This document shows, one piece after another, positions 1-13,673 of a stretch of DNA of 64,000 bases; the stretch's first letter is position 1; every line of letters starts with the position of its first letter. A model generated the notes under the pieces. The model did no database searches. It saw only the letters and a program-made list of their open reading frames with translations, and was not told the DNA's origin. Source of the DNA: Eledone cirrhosa (lineage: Eukaryota). The translations under genes were made by a program, and so were the position numbers. Location: contig OZ024742.1 in the NCBI GenBank assembly GCA_964016885.1, forward strand, positions 62,682,001-62,746,000, written 5' to 3'.

Positions 1-354
1 AAATAAACAAATAAAAACACACACTGACACCCAGATGCAAACTAAGCACACAACATACACAAAAACAAGATGGCGTAGGACAGAACAAAGGACAAGCACA
101 AAACAAAGAGAAGAATCCCTGTCACTGAAGAGGTCACAGAATGTGTGACGAAAGAACTTTGACAATATATGAACAACCGTCCGGTTGTGGAACCAACCAA
201 CCAATCGGAAATTTATAAATTTAATTTATAATAAATTGGAGTGAAAGCAACTGGTGCGTGTGTTTCTTATTGGCAACATGACCCTCCCAAAGTATAACAA
301 TATCGGTTTCAACACACGTTTTCAGATAAAGAATCTTGCTAACAAATTCAGAAA

Positions 355-358
<4 letters not shown>
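1..358 (+). mobile_element. PLE pseudo-LTR (3' terminal repeat), same family as 18925-19325, ending at a (TA)n tract
   Basis: Near-identical to the terminal repeat downstream of the GIY-YIG remnant at 17926-18847; contains an HHR motif. Confidence 0.8.
120..164 (+). ncRNA. Minimal type-I hammerhead ribozyme
   Basis: TGTCA-CTGAAGA-G GTCACA..TGTGAC-GAAA-GAAC-TT-TGACA: stem I, CUGANGA box, stem II, GAAA box, vestigial stem III. Confidence 0.7.
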
Positions 359-432
<74 letters not shown>

Positions 433-890
433 GGGGGGGGGTCTGATGGTAGCTAAGATGCTTCCATAGGCGGTATGCTGGTTGAGCACTCTATGCTCTT
501 ACGGAGAAGAGTATGATATAATAGAAAACGAAAAATCAGTGATGCATCTGAACTCAATTTATTGTGTTACAATTGTTTCGCCGGCGGACAGCTCGAGACG
601 CGATCATTGTGTGGATCTGTCTGATTCTGGACCCGCAGGTTGGACGGACACGTCTAATGATTTCGGAGCATATTCTCTCACTGGGGTATCTGACCCTCTA
701 GGCCAGTGCCGTCAAAAAACTACATCCTCTTCGCGCGCCCTGTGAGTGGCCGCTGGTTGTCTACGTCATCATAATTCTGACCACAGGTACCAGTCCGCTG
801 ACCATCAGGGCGTTGTCTGTCCCATGTCTGCTACACTTCAATAAATCACTGCTGTATTTGGTAGTCCACACATCCACGCGCGCACTCACA

Positions 891-941
<51 letters not shown>

Positions 942-1475
942 ACATAGATAACGACAGTCGTACGCATAGACGCCCGCTGTACACACACATTTAAGAACAT
1001 ATAAACATATAAACATACGCATACATGCATCCAGAGAGGCACGTACATACACAAACACATGCCCACATGCCCATATATATCTCAACATACACACACATCT
1101 GTGCATACACATGCATACACGTATATATACCCGTACACACAAACACGTACAGACATATACATAGACGCCCCTCCACCCACGCACACACAGGTATACACGT
1201 ACCCATATACACACACAGATACACACTCGCTCGCAAACACATATATATACACACAAACAAGCCCTTTCCTTACACTGGTGCTTGTACACACACACTGGCT
1301 CATATACACTCTTACAAATATGCGCATATTCATATACACATAAAAATAATATACACACAAAGTCATATAAAGATACACAATGGGTCATACATGAAAGGAT
1401 GCATCTTGTTATAAATATATACATATATAAAAAATACATACATACACACACATATATATATATATATATATATTA

Positions 1476-1930
1476 TAAAGAAAACGAAAAATCAGTGATG
1501 CATCTGGACTTAGTTTATTTCGTGTTACAAATGTTTCGCCGGCATGTAGCTCGAGTCATGGTCCTTGTATGGATCTGGCTGATTCTACTTCTGCGGGTTC
1601 TTTCAGACACGGGTGTTATGTCCGGAGCAAATTTTATCAATGGGGTGTTATCATCAAAACAACACCCTCAAAAAACCCTCTATCCACTCTTGTCATGCCA
1701 TTGGCTGTTTTTACTCCACGTCATCACAAGTTCTGGTCAGTATCTGCTGCCACACGGTTCATCAACCATTTTCCGTCCGACGCATTTCAATGGAGTCATG
1801 CTGAGTTCAGTACTTCACACGTCTTGTCACACTTCAGGGTAAGCACCCACACATACTAGAATAAACACATAATAACACACATATTGAGACACATACCTAT
1901 CTATGCATTCACACACGTACGTCTACATGC
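1476..1930 (-). mobile_element. Inverted PLE pseudo-LTR with a degenerate long-stem-II HHR (1521-1611)
   Basis: 1705-1925 is the reverse complement of ~6825-7043; a related copy lies at ~520-860. Minus strand reads CGTGT-CTGAAAGA-(long hairpin)-GAAA-CATTTG-TA-ACACG. Confidence 0.6.
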
Positions 1931-3486
1931 GTTTATATTATAATGAGGCACTGCGCAGGGCCGGTTACAAAGACATCATAGTATATACCCCAGATAGAGT
2001 AGCGCCTAGCGATATGGCGTGCAGAAATGCCAATAGTGAGGGCGCCTCCCTAGGTAGAATTGACCCGGTAGCAGTAGCCAGGAACACAAATAACAACACT
2101 ACTAACTTTAATGACACAGGACCGACCAGAGATAGGACTAAGGCACCCATGGGAGCCAGACCACCCGGTGTGCGGAGGCATAGGCATGGCACGCACACTG
2201 CATACTCGGTGGAAACTGGGACCTTGGACAGAACTTCAACAAATAAAAACGGGGCACACTCCACAGAGCACGAACAGCCTAGTTCTAGTGCCACAGCACT
2301 GACAATAGCATCACTTAGACCTAAGGGGAATAGACGTATAGATGACCACATAGAACGACGCAAATCTATAACTGTAGAATATAAACACGACGAACGTAGC
2401 AGGCTAATAGACAGGGACAACACACGAGACGATAGACAGGGACAACACACGAGACGAAATTGAGGTGGGGAAGAGCACTGGACCGGTACCGAGCCCTAGA
2501 CACAACAACATGAATCCACGCACACGAAGGAACAGATCTAAGGCCATTACCTGGTTCAATGCGCCTTACTCTAAACATGTACGCACCAACGTGCCAGGAC
2601 TTTTCTTCCGAGCGCTGGATGAGTGCTTTCCGACGACAAATAAGTACCACAAAATCTTCAACCGCCACACGGTGAAATTTTCCTTCTCCACAGCGCGGAA
2701 TATGGCCGACTACATGGCTAGAACTAACGCGGTGAAGATGGCGCACACTGGCCGTCAACCGCGCCGACAGAGTGACCATGTTTCGGAGCGCGGAGAACCA
2801 CCTAGGGACCTGCCTTCAAATGACAACCTGACCCCCGAGGCGACCAGAGCGCCCGTCGAGGGCGATATGGTCCAACACCGAGAGGGAAATAGTGGCATGG
2901 GGGGGGGGGGGGCCAAATGTGTCGGCGGTGCAGCACACTGAGAACCCTGAGAGGGCCATTACAGATCGGGGCCCGGACATCGGACGCACAAGAATTGACA
3001 GCAGAACTTAGCAACTGTAGAGCGGGCACCCAGTTCCTCCTACAGGGAAAATGCTTAATGAAGGACCTAGTATACAAGTGTGTGGTTACGACCCAGAATG
3101 CGCATCGAACCTACATAGACGCAACATCCACGACCTTTAAATCGCGGATGTATAATCACACGAATTCCTTCAGGGACCGTAGCAAAAGGCACTCCACTAG
3201 GTTAGCGGACCTCGTGTGGGACATGGAAGACCACGGCACTCCATACGCCCTGGAAGGGAGTATCGTTCGCCATGCGCGTGCATATTCGGCCGGAAGTAGA
3301 AAGTGCCGACTGTGCCTACACGAGGCCATGGAGATAGTTAGACTGAAGGATGACGCCGTCAACCTGAAGTCTGAAATTATCATGACATGCAGACACCAGA
3401 GAAGATGCACTTTTGCAGCATGGACTCCGCCGGGTGACGCAGCCAGGGGGCACGAGAATGAGAACGTACAGACCCGATTGGCCTAG
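1930..3486 (+). mobile_element. 5'-truncated Naiad-like PLE: RT C-terminus, linker and GIY-YIG endonuclease, frameshifted
   Basis: YYNEALRRAGY, ITWFNAPYS..V.TN, KIFNRHTVKFSFS, KCL..DLVYKC..TYI..TSTTFK.R..NH, CRLCL.E, LKSEII.TCRH motifs across ORFs 1903, 2465 and 2917. Confidence 0.85.
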
Positions 3487-4912
3487 CGGGATTAGGGGAT
3501 CTGACGACATACCATGATGACGACGTCTGACCCGCGGGGCAATCATATGTAGACCGGGTGCGCACGTGACCGGGCACGCAACATTGGAAGATGCACCGCA
3601 TGGGTCGGGACTGGCTGACACGGGGCCCACTGCCGCCCGGACCTGTGCACTAAACGCTTAGAACAGCACACCCCAAACACGGGGCCATGCCCCATGGCGA
3701 CCGTGGCGGGTCGTCACATTGAATGTGTACACAGTTAATCGTGGCTATATACTCTACACCTACTTCACTCTTTGGAAAGTGATTGTTAATATTGTTATAT
3801 CATTGTTTTGTTACTGTTACCTGCTGTATACACGGACACGAGCCTGCATCTCATAATACCTGTGTAATACGTCACATGGACGCACGCACCTTCTCATATA
3901 CCTCCCCCCCCCCCCCCCCCCCCCCCACCACCCCCACCACCCACCACCACCCCACCCACCCCGTTTTTTTTTTTCGTTTTTTCTTTTTTCTTTTTTCTTT
4001 TTTCTTTTTTTCTTTTTTCTTTTTTCTTTTTTCTTTTTTCTTTTTTCTTTTTTCTTTTTTCTTTTTTTTTCTTTTTTTCTTTTTTCTTTTTTCTTTTTTA
4101 TTTTTTATTTTACCCGTTCCTTTATTTTACCCTGCTTTTCCTGTACCTATTTATGCAGTTACATACAGATTTAATGTACCCTAAAATATTGTAAATTTAT
4201 TTACGTATTTTATTTTATTATCATATTGTGTTTATGTTCACGAGTTTTTTTATGTGTGGACACATGTGTGTGGGTATGTATTCGTGTGTGTGTGTGTAGA
4301 TGCGTATGTATATGTATATATATATGCGTGGGTGGGTGTTGGGGTGTGTGTATGGGTGCGTGGGTGCAGGAGCTTATACGCGCCTGTATGTGCAGACATG
4401 TGCATATATATACATATGTGGCAGAATGTGGGTGTATGTGTGTGTGGGGGGGGGTGTATAGGTGTGTCTATATATGAGCATATATATGTATACATATATA
4501 TATATACGTATGTCTATATGTGTATGAGTGAGTAAGTACGTATAGCCACATATGAGTAGGTGTGTGTGTGTGCGAGCGGGTAAGTGTGTGTATATATGTG
4601 TGGGTGTGTATAGGTGTATATATGTGGATGTTGTGCATGCACTTACGGGCCTCTATATGTGTGTATATGTATTTGCGCATACATGTATGTGTTTATGTGC
4701 ATCTTTTGGGAATGTGTATGGATGTTTATATATGGACTATATATGTTTTTTTCATTATTATTATTATTCATGTTGTATTATTTTATCACATACCCCCTAT
4801 ACATACCGTATATATGCGTATATGTACGTATGAGTCTGTGTACGTGTGCGTCTGTGCATGTGTGTGTGTATATATACGTAGGTGCGTGTGTGTGTATGTG
4901 TGTATAATAGGG

Positions 4913-4997
<85 letters not shown>

Positions 4998-5354
4998 GTG
5001 TGTATATGTATATATATACCACATTGTATATAATATATTTCATTGTATATTTTTCTTATGTTATTACACTGCTTTATGTTATACTGTTTTGTGTTATACT
5101 GTTTTTTATTGCATAATGTATTTTCAACTGTTCACTTACAGGTGTGTTTATATATGTACATGTATATGTGGTGGCACTTCTGTGTGTGTAGGCAGATGTG
5201 CATGCGTGCAGGTGTATCCATGCGGCAGCATGTATGCGTACGCATGTGTAGATGTATGTATATCGGCCTATGCGTGGGTATTTGTATGTATATGTGTGGA
5301 TGTGCGTATGCATGTTAAGTTGTCCTTTTTCTTTTTTTTGTGTGTATAAATGTG

Positions 5355-5389
<35 letters not shown>

Positions 5390-5555
5390 AGGTACGTGTG
5401 TAGGCAATGTTTATGTACGTATGTGTTCGTATGTGTGTGCGGACATGTGTGAGTTTACGTTTGTGTATATATGTGTGTGTATGTACGTATGTGTGTGTAT
5501 ATATAGATGTATATATATACATATAGTTATCTAATGAACAACATAAGATAATTAT

Positions 5556-5609
5556 TTCGTTTACCAGTGGTTTCTTGAAACGATATTTGCTTTCATTCAT
5601 CAGAATGAA
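5556..5609 (-). ncRNA. Type-I hammerhead ribozyme
   Basis: Reverse complement: TTCATT-CTGATGA-ATGAAA..TTTCAA-GAAA-CC ACT GG-TA-AACGAA. Confidence 0.7.
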
Positions 5610-5707
5610 AAAATCCTAAGTGTGTATATATATGTGTGTATACGCAGGTGTGTATATATGTATGTATGTGAATGTATGTGTGTATGTATATATGCGTATG
5701 TATGAGC

Positions 5708-5755
<48 letters not shown>

Positions 5756-5896
5756 GGATACTATTTATGGTTATGTATATACTAAAACTTTTTATAGTTA
5801 TATATATTTAAAATGCTAAACAGTGAAGGTCAGTAATTTATTACCAGTAAGATAAATAGCTCAATGTAATAACATCAGTTGTTCTACAGAGCAGTT

Positions 5897-6511
5897 ATAT
5901 AGAATTCACAAGAATCAAAGCTATGTTCAAAGCATTTATTCACTTACAATTGTTTCATCCAAACCTAGGCTTGGAGTCTTCGGAGCATTTTTCAATGTTT
6001 GTACACATAATTGACCTCCTTTCCAACGCAAGAGACATACAGATACATATGTATATATTGATGTACAGTGGAGTGACATATATGTAACACCCTGCCGCAC
6101 AATAATCATATATAAATGAGACACACGTGCATGCCCGACGTGTAACTAACGCATATAATAACTAAAATAACTACTACATCTGACTAACAAACTATCCTCT
6201 TGCATTATCTATGTTAACTGCCGATTGTATTTTAATTTTGCTTTGATTTTGTATTTTAATTTTGCTTTGATTTTGTATTTTAATTTTGCTTTAATTTTGA
6301 ATTTAAATTGCTATACAGAAATAATATAATATAATATATGTCACTCCAATGTACATCAATATATACATATGTATCTGTATGTCTCTTGCGTTGGAAAGGA
6401 GGTCAATTATGTGTACAAACATTGAAAAATGCTCCTAAGGCTCCAAGCCTAGGTTTGGATGAAACAATTGTAAGTGAATAAATGCTTTGAACATAGCTTT
6501 GATTCTTGTGA

Positions 6512-6520
<9 letters not shown>
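5897..6520. repeat. Fold-back inverted repeat (~185-bp arms) with an HHR-like motif in each arm (5941-5987 minus; ~6430-6476 plus, decayed)
   Basis: Arms 5897-6083 and 6334-6520 are reverse complements. Left arm minus strand: TGCT-CCGAAGA-C TCCAAGC CTAG GTTTGGA T-GAAA-CAATTG-TA-AGTG. The spacer holds a 24-bp tandem repeat. Confidence 0.8.
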
Positions 6521-6599
<79 letters not shown>

Positions 6600-7860
6600 A
6601 ATGTATAGAAGGTTGGCCGTATGTGTGTGCGCGCATGTGTATGTATATATGTGTACGTTTGAATATGACATGCTTACCCAATTGATACAGAACAGTCAGA
6701 AGGCTCGTGGCGGTATGTATCAACAAGTGTGTGTGACTGGGTCTATGGGAGTGAGGGAGAGAGGGTGTGTGAGTATATATACTGCGATGTATGTATGTGG
6801 CCGTGTGGGTGTCTGCGCATGTAGATGTACGAGTGTGAATGCATAGATAGGTATGTGTCTGAATATGTGTGTTATTATGTGTTTATTCTAGTATGTGTGG
6901 GTGCTTACTCTGAAGTGTGAGCAGACGTGTGAAGTACTGAACTCAGCATGACTCCATTGAAATATGTCGGACGGAAAATGGTTGATGAACCGTGTGGCAG
7001 TAGATACTGACCAGAACTTGTGATGACGGGGAGTAAAAACAGCTCCACCCAAAACACCTTCAGATCTGGACCTGTGATCATTGAGGTAATCATATATCAC
7101 TAACTACCTCAGCTCAAATCTTCAGAAGCTGAGTTTCAGGGAACTAGAGAGGCATGTCTAAATAAGAAAATACAACTATAATCCATTAATGGAACTGTAA
7201 AAATATATAGAACATTCCAGAAGGTGAGCATGTAATAACTGTGTATAAACATGTGTAGTTATAAAAACATGTGTATATGAGCACATATACTGTATATTTC
7301 AAAATATACAGATCCACACATGCAATGACATCCTTGTCACACATGCAAGCAGGCTTCATTAGCTAATGAAGGTGTAAATTACAAGGAGAGGGCCTTGTTT
7401 CTATATATGAATAAGTACATCAAATTTCGCGCCAGTTCGCGTTCCAAAGTTCTTATTATATTTGCCTTAAAAAATGTGGTTCAAATTGCCTTAAAAAATG
7501 TGGTTCAAATTGTTGGGTTTTTTTATAAGTATAATTTGGTTGGTTAATGACTTTCACGTGAATAAGTACATAAAATTCCGCGCCAGTCCAATTTGAGGGT
7601 TCTTTATTGCCATTTTCAGACACATGATTGGCCATATAATATAGGTGCCAGAAAAAGATGGTTTGTCATAGAAAGTGTTGTGCCAAACAAAAGATAATGG
7701 TCAAGAAATGGGAGGTGGGGAAATAGTTCTGGTTCAGTGAGTATGGTTGATGTTGTGCTGAGGTGTCAAAATTCAGACTTTCTATTGAAATAAATTGAAT
7801 GTTTGTGTCGATAGTGGTGTCAGCGGGGATGGTGATGGCAGGGTAGAAAAGAGAAATATG

Positions 7861-7932
<72 letters not shown>

Positions 7933-8211
7933 CAAAACGGTTTATCGTCTTGATAATAGAAATAAAAATGATTCCATTAGTAGAAATGGAGAAGGGTGTT
8001 ATGACTATGTGTGTATGTGTGTGTGTGTTATGGTTAACATGTTAAGGTGTTAAAATATTAACGTATGTTAAAGTATATTTAGCTCTGGTCTTTTATTTTC
8101 AAATATAGAGAAGGGTGTTATGTGTATGTATGTGTGTGTGTGTGTGTGCATGTGTGTGTGTGCATGTGTATGTGTATGTGTGTGTGTGTGTCTGTGTGGA
8201 TGGTTAGCATG

Positions 8212-8900
8212 TTATGGTGTTAACATATTAACGTATGGTCTATATTTTTGAATAAACATATTTTCCTTATTTATTCGTATTTGGTATGCTGTATTATCAG
8301 TGCAAAGATAAAATGGGGAGACCTGGAATTTGGGTGTCTTATTATTTGCACATATGTCTAGATGTCCACTGAGTGGTATCTGTCTTGTGGTAGGGTCTTG
8401 TAATTGTTGGCGATGAATTGTCATTCTGTTTCTGAAGGTGAGTTTAGTTTGCCCTATATAATCTTCATTACATCCTTTACATTTAATGGCATAAGCTAAA
8501 TTTTTTGATGAGCAAGTGAAATGATTTTTTACAACAAAATTTTCTTCTGATTGAAATGTATACATTGTGCCTCAATGAGGTGAGTGCAAGTTCCACAATT
8601 AGAGCGACCACATTTTATTACAGTTGGTTTAGGGTTTGTGGTGGGTAATTTGGCATTGGTGAGTAATGTTTTTAGTTATTTACGTTGTCTTTTGCTTTTG
8701 ATTATTTCGTGTGCTTTAAGTGCTTTTTTTCATTCTTGGGTCTTGTTTCTATAGTGGGATGTTTTGGTGAATAATGCTGCATACTTCCGCATTTCTGGGG
8801 TTGTGTGTTGAGATATATGGTAGAATATTGGACGTACCTTGAGTTTATTTCGGTTTTCGTAATTCTTCAATGCCTATAGCTTTAGCCCTTTCTATTCCAT
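8212..8900 (-). mobile_element. Neptune-like PLE 3' fragment (Cys linker + GIY-YIG)
   Basis: KCGRSNCGTC linker followed by FTCSSKNLAYAIKCKGCNEDYIGQT..FRNRMTIH. Confidence 0.85.
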
Positions 8901-8929
8901 TATATTATACTATATATTATACTACCACT

Positions 8930-10450
8930 AACTTGCACAGCTGGTCCCTCATTTGATCCAACAGAGAGACTAGCTGTGCAAATTAGTGGTAGTATAGTAA
9001 GTAAGGCAATCAAAAATATGAAGACAGGCAAGGCAGTTGGACCTTCGGGGATAGTTGCTGAGATGTTGAAAGCATCTGGAATGGTGGGGCATACCATGGT
9101 CACCCGGATAATAAACCAAGTAATATAGAATATGGTTAACTGCTACAAGGGGAAAGGAGACGCTCTAAATAGAGAAAACTATAGAAGCATTAAGTTAGTT
9201 GATCAGGTCATGAAGGTCATAGAAAGAGTTATCGCTCAGCTGATTACAGACCAAATTGATCGAGATGAAATGCAGTTTGGGTTTGTGCTAGGTAAAAGTA
9301 CCACAGACGTTCTCTTCCTTGTACGGCAACTACAGAAGTACCTAGCTAAAAGTAAACTCCTCTACTTAACTTTTGTTGACCCTTTGACAGAGTCCCCCGC
9401 TCCATTATCTGGTGGGTTCTTAGAAAACTGGGAGTAGATGAGTGGCTTGTGAAAGCTATACAAGCCATGTATAGAGAAACAGTCAGTAAGGTTAGAATTA
9501 ACAATGAATATATTGAAGAATTTAGCATAAAAGTAGGTGTTCACCAAAGCTCCGTCCTTAGCCCCCTTCTGTTTATTATTGCCCTATAGGCAAACGAGTT
9601 TAAGAGTGACTGCCCATGGGAACTTCTATATGCAGATGATCTAACTCTCATAACTGAATCTATGGCAGGACTAGAGAAGAAATTCCAAACCTAGATTGTA
9701 TGATGCTTGTATACGAACAGCAATGTTACAAGACCAGGGCCTTGCGCGCACAGAATCTGCGCAGACTGGAAAGATGTGAAGCATGCACGCTCCGATGGAT
9801 GTGTAATAGTAATATACACAAACAGCAAAGTATAAACGAACTAAGTGAGAAATTAGGCATAAGAGGAGTCAGATGCAGTTTACTAGAGAGGAGATTGCGT
9901 TGGTATAGTTATGTGATGCGTAAGAAAGATGACAGCTGTATAAAAAGTGAAGGGCGATCAAAATCAATGGAAGCTACGGAGTAGGTAGACCCAGAAATAC
10001 CTTGGACGAGGTGATAAAAGCTGACCTTGCACACTTTAACCTCTCTAAGACAATGACACAGAGTCGAGATCTTTGGTCCTATGCAGTAATACAGAAGACC
10101 CGCCTTGTAGGCACCTCTTAATCCAATATACACCATACACCCCCACACCTCACACCCCTTACACTTCCCTCCCACTTCCGCCCACACCACCCTTACTTTG
10201 TAAAGTTATGTTGGTACCACAAAACATCCAGCCCACACTGTAAAGTGGTCGTGTAGGTGTCACGACAAAAAGCACCCAGCACACACTGTAAATGTGGTTG
10301 GTGTTAGGAAGGGTATCCAGCCAAAGAAAACCAGCCAGAAACAGTCCTATACGAGCGAGACATAGTCACCCGACCAAACTTGCCACAAATGGGACAAACC
10401 CGTCTAATCCATGCTCACGTGGAAGATAGACGTTAAATGATGATGATGAT
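8930..10450 (+). mobile_element. RTE-clade LINE, 5'-truncated and decayed, with (TGA)n tail
   Basis: MKTGKAVGPSG, YKGKGD..NYRSIKL, QFGF..GKSTTD, GVHQ.S.LSP, LLYADD, RRLRWY motifs; ends ...gacgttaaatgatgatgatgat. Confidence 0.85.
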
Positions 10451-10498
10451 ATGTGTTTGTGTGTGTGTGTGTGTGTGTGCGAGAGAGAGAGAGAGTGA

Positions 10499-10595
<97 letters not shown>

Positions 10596-10638
10596 CCTGC
10601 ATATACAATATGGAAAATAGATAAATAAAATCTCTTAC

Positions 10639-10808
10639 ATTCTCAACCGATATATTTGTCCAAGTATTTATAAAATGATCTCGGTAGGCCTCAGAACAAA
10701 TTGACTTCATACAATCGTTCATATGAGAATCACTGTAAAGCCCTTGATAGAAGTATTTCGTTTTTAATTGGCTGTCCTTCGGTAACACAAAGATCTTATG
10801 CCATTTAC
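10639..10808 (-). CDS. Internal coding exon (170 nt, phase 1 to 0) of host paralog A; homolog of exon 54435-54593
   Basis: ttctccag| acceptor and |gtaaga donor; open frame GKWHKIFVLPKDSQLKTKYFYQGLYSDSHMNDCMKSICSEAYRDHFINTWTNISVEN; about 82% nt identity to the plus-strand copy by manual alignment. Confidence 0.8.
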
Positions 10809-11248
10809 CTGGAGAAGAAAAAAATTATTTTTAAATTTGAATAATACTTAGAATATATAGGTGTAAGTATACGAAACAGAAAATTGTGGAAGGAATCTTA
10901 GAGAGAGACATAGTAATTAGTTCCTGTCAACCAATGTTTCAATTTTCAGTTATAAGTCATTTCACTTCACAATTGACAAATATTGTTGTATATTCTTAGA
11001 TCATCTCTTACTCCTTTCAAAGAGACAATTGGTAGTGGTATGTGAAGTTTTGAAATAATGATTCTTTAAATCTTGGATAACAAATATTTCTTCAATTCAC
11101 TTTACTCTATTGAAATAACTGTTCTTTAGAATATATAAATAGGAAATTATATTAGCAAAACGCTGGAAAATATGATGATTTGAATAATATTTGTTATTCC
11201 TAGAATCCGATATAAGGTTTATGTAAGTGGTATACATGATGAAAGAGA

Positions 11249-11325
11249 CAGCAGGTGTGGCTAAATGGTTATGACACTTACTTGGCAATCTTGAGTTCTC
11301 TGGTTCAATCCCATTATGTGACACA
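11249..11325 (+). mobile_element. Old tRNA-derived SINE head
   Basis: A box TGGCTAAATGG and B box GGTTCAATCC; no intact cloverleaf. Confidence 0.55.
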
Positions 11326-13220
11326 TACTCCTCTTCTGCATATTGAACAGGGTCACTTCCTTGATGGGATCAAGGTTCTGTTTTCATTCTTACTTACTAA
11401 CTCTTTAGTTTACTTTCAGCCCCCTTGATAGTAAATTCTGTTTCCACAGTCAGAACATCTTCTCTAGTTCTTCTACGTGTTCAGGTCATCCACATTAAGA
11501 TGTTCCCATAGACAGTCAGCCTTAAACTCCTATGTTATGGTCTGAACGTTTATTCAAGTCACTTTACTGTATTTTCAAAGGAATATTAGATACCACTATG
11601 TCCAGTATTGAAACAACGTTAAATAATTTAACTCTACATTGAAATAGGCAGTGGGTAATGACACAACCAGTTTTAAAATGATATTTCTTTAAATCCTGGA
11701 TAAAGTTGTGCTCCATATTGAAATAACCTTTCTTCAGATCATTTTACTCTATGGTTATTTAACCGTAAAACATGCTAGATATATCAGCAGCTCTGTAGTT
11801 ATATGTAACTATAAAACATGATAAATGTGTCACCAACTCCCAACATCATCTGTTCCAATCTATAGTTACTGATAAAATAAATGTTAATAGTTTTGATATT
11901 TCACCAACAAATTTCAACTGTTTATAACATAGAAACCTAGTAATACTCTTGTATGGTATCAATGTAATATAACACAGAAAGGTAGGATTTGAAGGATACT
12001 CTACTGCTAATTCTATCATATCTTACAACAATGTAAGGTTCTCGCATGTTTGTTCATACATACTTGTATAAATGCATATAAAAAGGAAGATTGATATATT
12101 AAAAGTTTTTACCAGCATGGTATATTAAAAGCTTTTATCACTCTTCTCCATGTCAGAGGTTCAGTGCAAACATGTACATTGAAGTCTATCATTAAGATAT
12201 GTGACTCAGTCTTAACTTCATCTAAAGCTGCAGTGACTGTTTGACATAAACTTGAACCACCCACAGAGAACTATATTTCAAGAGACAAATCCTCCCTCCC
12301 AATGGAATCCAGTATATAACATATTCTGACAGCTGGGGGCTTGTGGGTATCCCTGTGCAGTCATTTCTGGCACCACACCTGAATAGTAGAGTTTACATCC
12401 TGCATCCAAATTTACAGTACCAGACTCATGGTACTCTGTTGAGGAAGCTCCGACTATATCTAGCTGATATACAACATTGTTTGATAATCGATTAAAGTTA
12501 TTTATCATACTTTACAATTTACAGTGAAATATGTACATTTCGCTTGTTTACATGTCTATATACTAAACCCATAAATTTATATATGCTATTATGCTGATTG
12601 TGTTAACCACAGTTTTCTATATAGAAATATGAACTTTTTGGATAATTCAGCTGATTACAGCACATATTAATATGTATCAGAATTAACTACCATCATAATG
12701 TTGACAATATGCAAATTAGTAATTCCATTTCAGTGATACTACTATCTGTAATAAAGTATAAAAGCCCCTTAGTTAAATATTTCCTTGTCAGCGTTTAGTC
12801 ATGGTACATAAATCGATTCAAGATAATTTTGAGGGGAATCTAGAAGATACATCTTATTTGGAATCTTTACATAAGCAATGTATAAATTTGTATACACATT
12901 TTATTCTATATTGTCTTCTTCTTCACCCACTTATTCCTGAGACGGTCATGTGAGCAGAGTCCTCAAACACTCTTTCCAGCAGGTCCTAGGAGAAGCAACT
13001 GATCCAGCTGGATCCCCAAGTGAGGCCAACCAAACTCATGGATGTTATTCAACCATCTTGCAACTAATATTAATGTTTTATTTTCTTCTTGAATGCAGAT
13101 CCACATTATTATTTATGTTTTTAAATAATTGCTTATTTAACACCTTGAAAAACAATATGAATAATAAATATATAGAAAGACAAAGAAATCCATGACCAAT
13201 CAGTAAAAGATCAAAGTATT

Positions 13221-13328
13221 ATCCCGCCGAGGTTTACTTTGCCTTTCATCCTTACAGGGTCGATAAAATAAAGTACCGGTAATGTACTGGGTAATTGCTG
13301 GCCTTGTGCCAAAAGTAGAAACAATTAT
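13221..13328 (+). mobile_element. 3' half of the (ATT)n-tailed SINE
   Basis: Matches 57690-57795 and 63555-63660 (tttcatccttacagggtcgataaaataaagtac...ccttgtgccaaaagtagaaacaatta). Confidence 0.85.
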
Positions 13329-13481
13329 GAAGAAGAGGAACTTAACAAAGATGTCATAGAAATATCATTAACATGAAGCTTACAATAATATTGTAAAATA
13401 ATTTTATTTCTTCTCACCAACATTGTTTGTCTTCAGACTTGAATTACACTCAATGTAAAAATATTGATATTCTAAATTTAA

Positions 13482-13553
<72 letters not shown>

Positions 13554-13635
13554 GTGAGGTTTTTTTTACAAAATGAAAAATAACTGAGGTGTCCTACACG
13601 AGTGAGAAAAACCACAGACCCTCCATCTCAACTCA

Positions 13636-13673
13636 CCTTTTGAAAAGCAGAAGAACTGCGAAACCGGTAAAGG
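13636..13673 (+). ncRNA. Minimal hammerhead ribozyme, U3:A8 covariant core
   Basis: CCTT-TTGAAAA-GCAG AAGAA CTGC-GAAA-CCGG-TA-AAGG, inside a ~200-bp insert between (TA)n tracts. Confidence 0.7.

Noticed and set aside
3495-3560. Hammerhead downstream of the PLE stop (CTGACGA at 3500)
   Set aside because: No GAAA box follows.
7045-7170. Candidate exon 3 of paralog A after an acceptor-like ttttcttatttag
   Set aside because: All three frames hit stops and there is no similarity to 56019-56176.
11249-11325. Functional tRNA genes (also 23731, 43056, 57617)
   Set aside because: Only A/B boxes without an intact cloverleaf, usually followed by SINE body and tail.
12278-12508. 76-aa minus-strand ORF as an extra exon of paralog A
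   Set aside because: Its start aligns to intronic sequence of paralog B (~52745) where the frame is not conserved, and no convincing splice pair was found.
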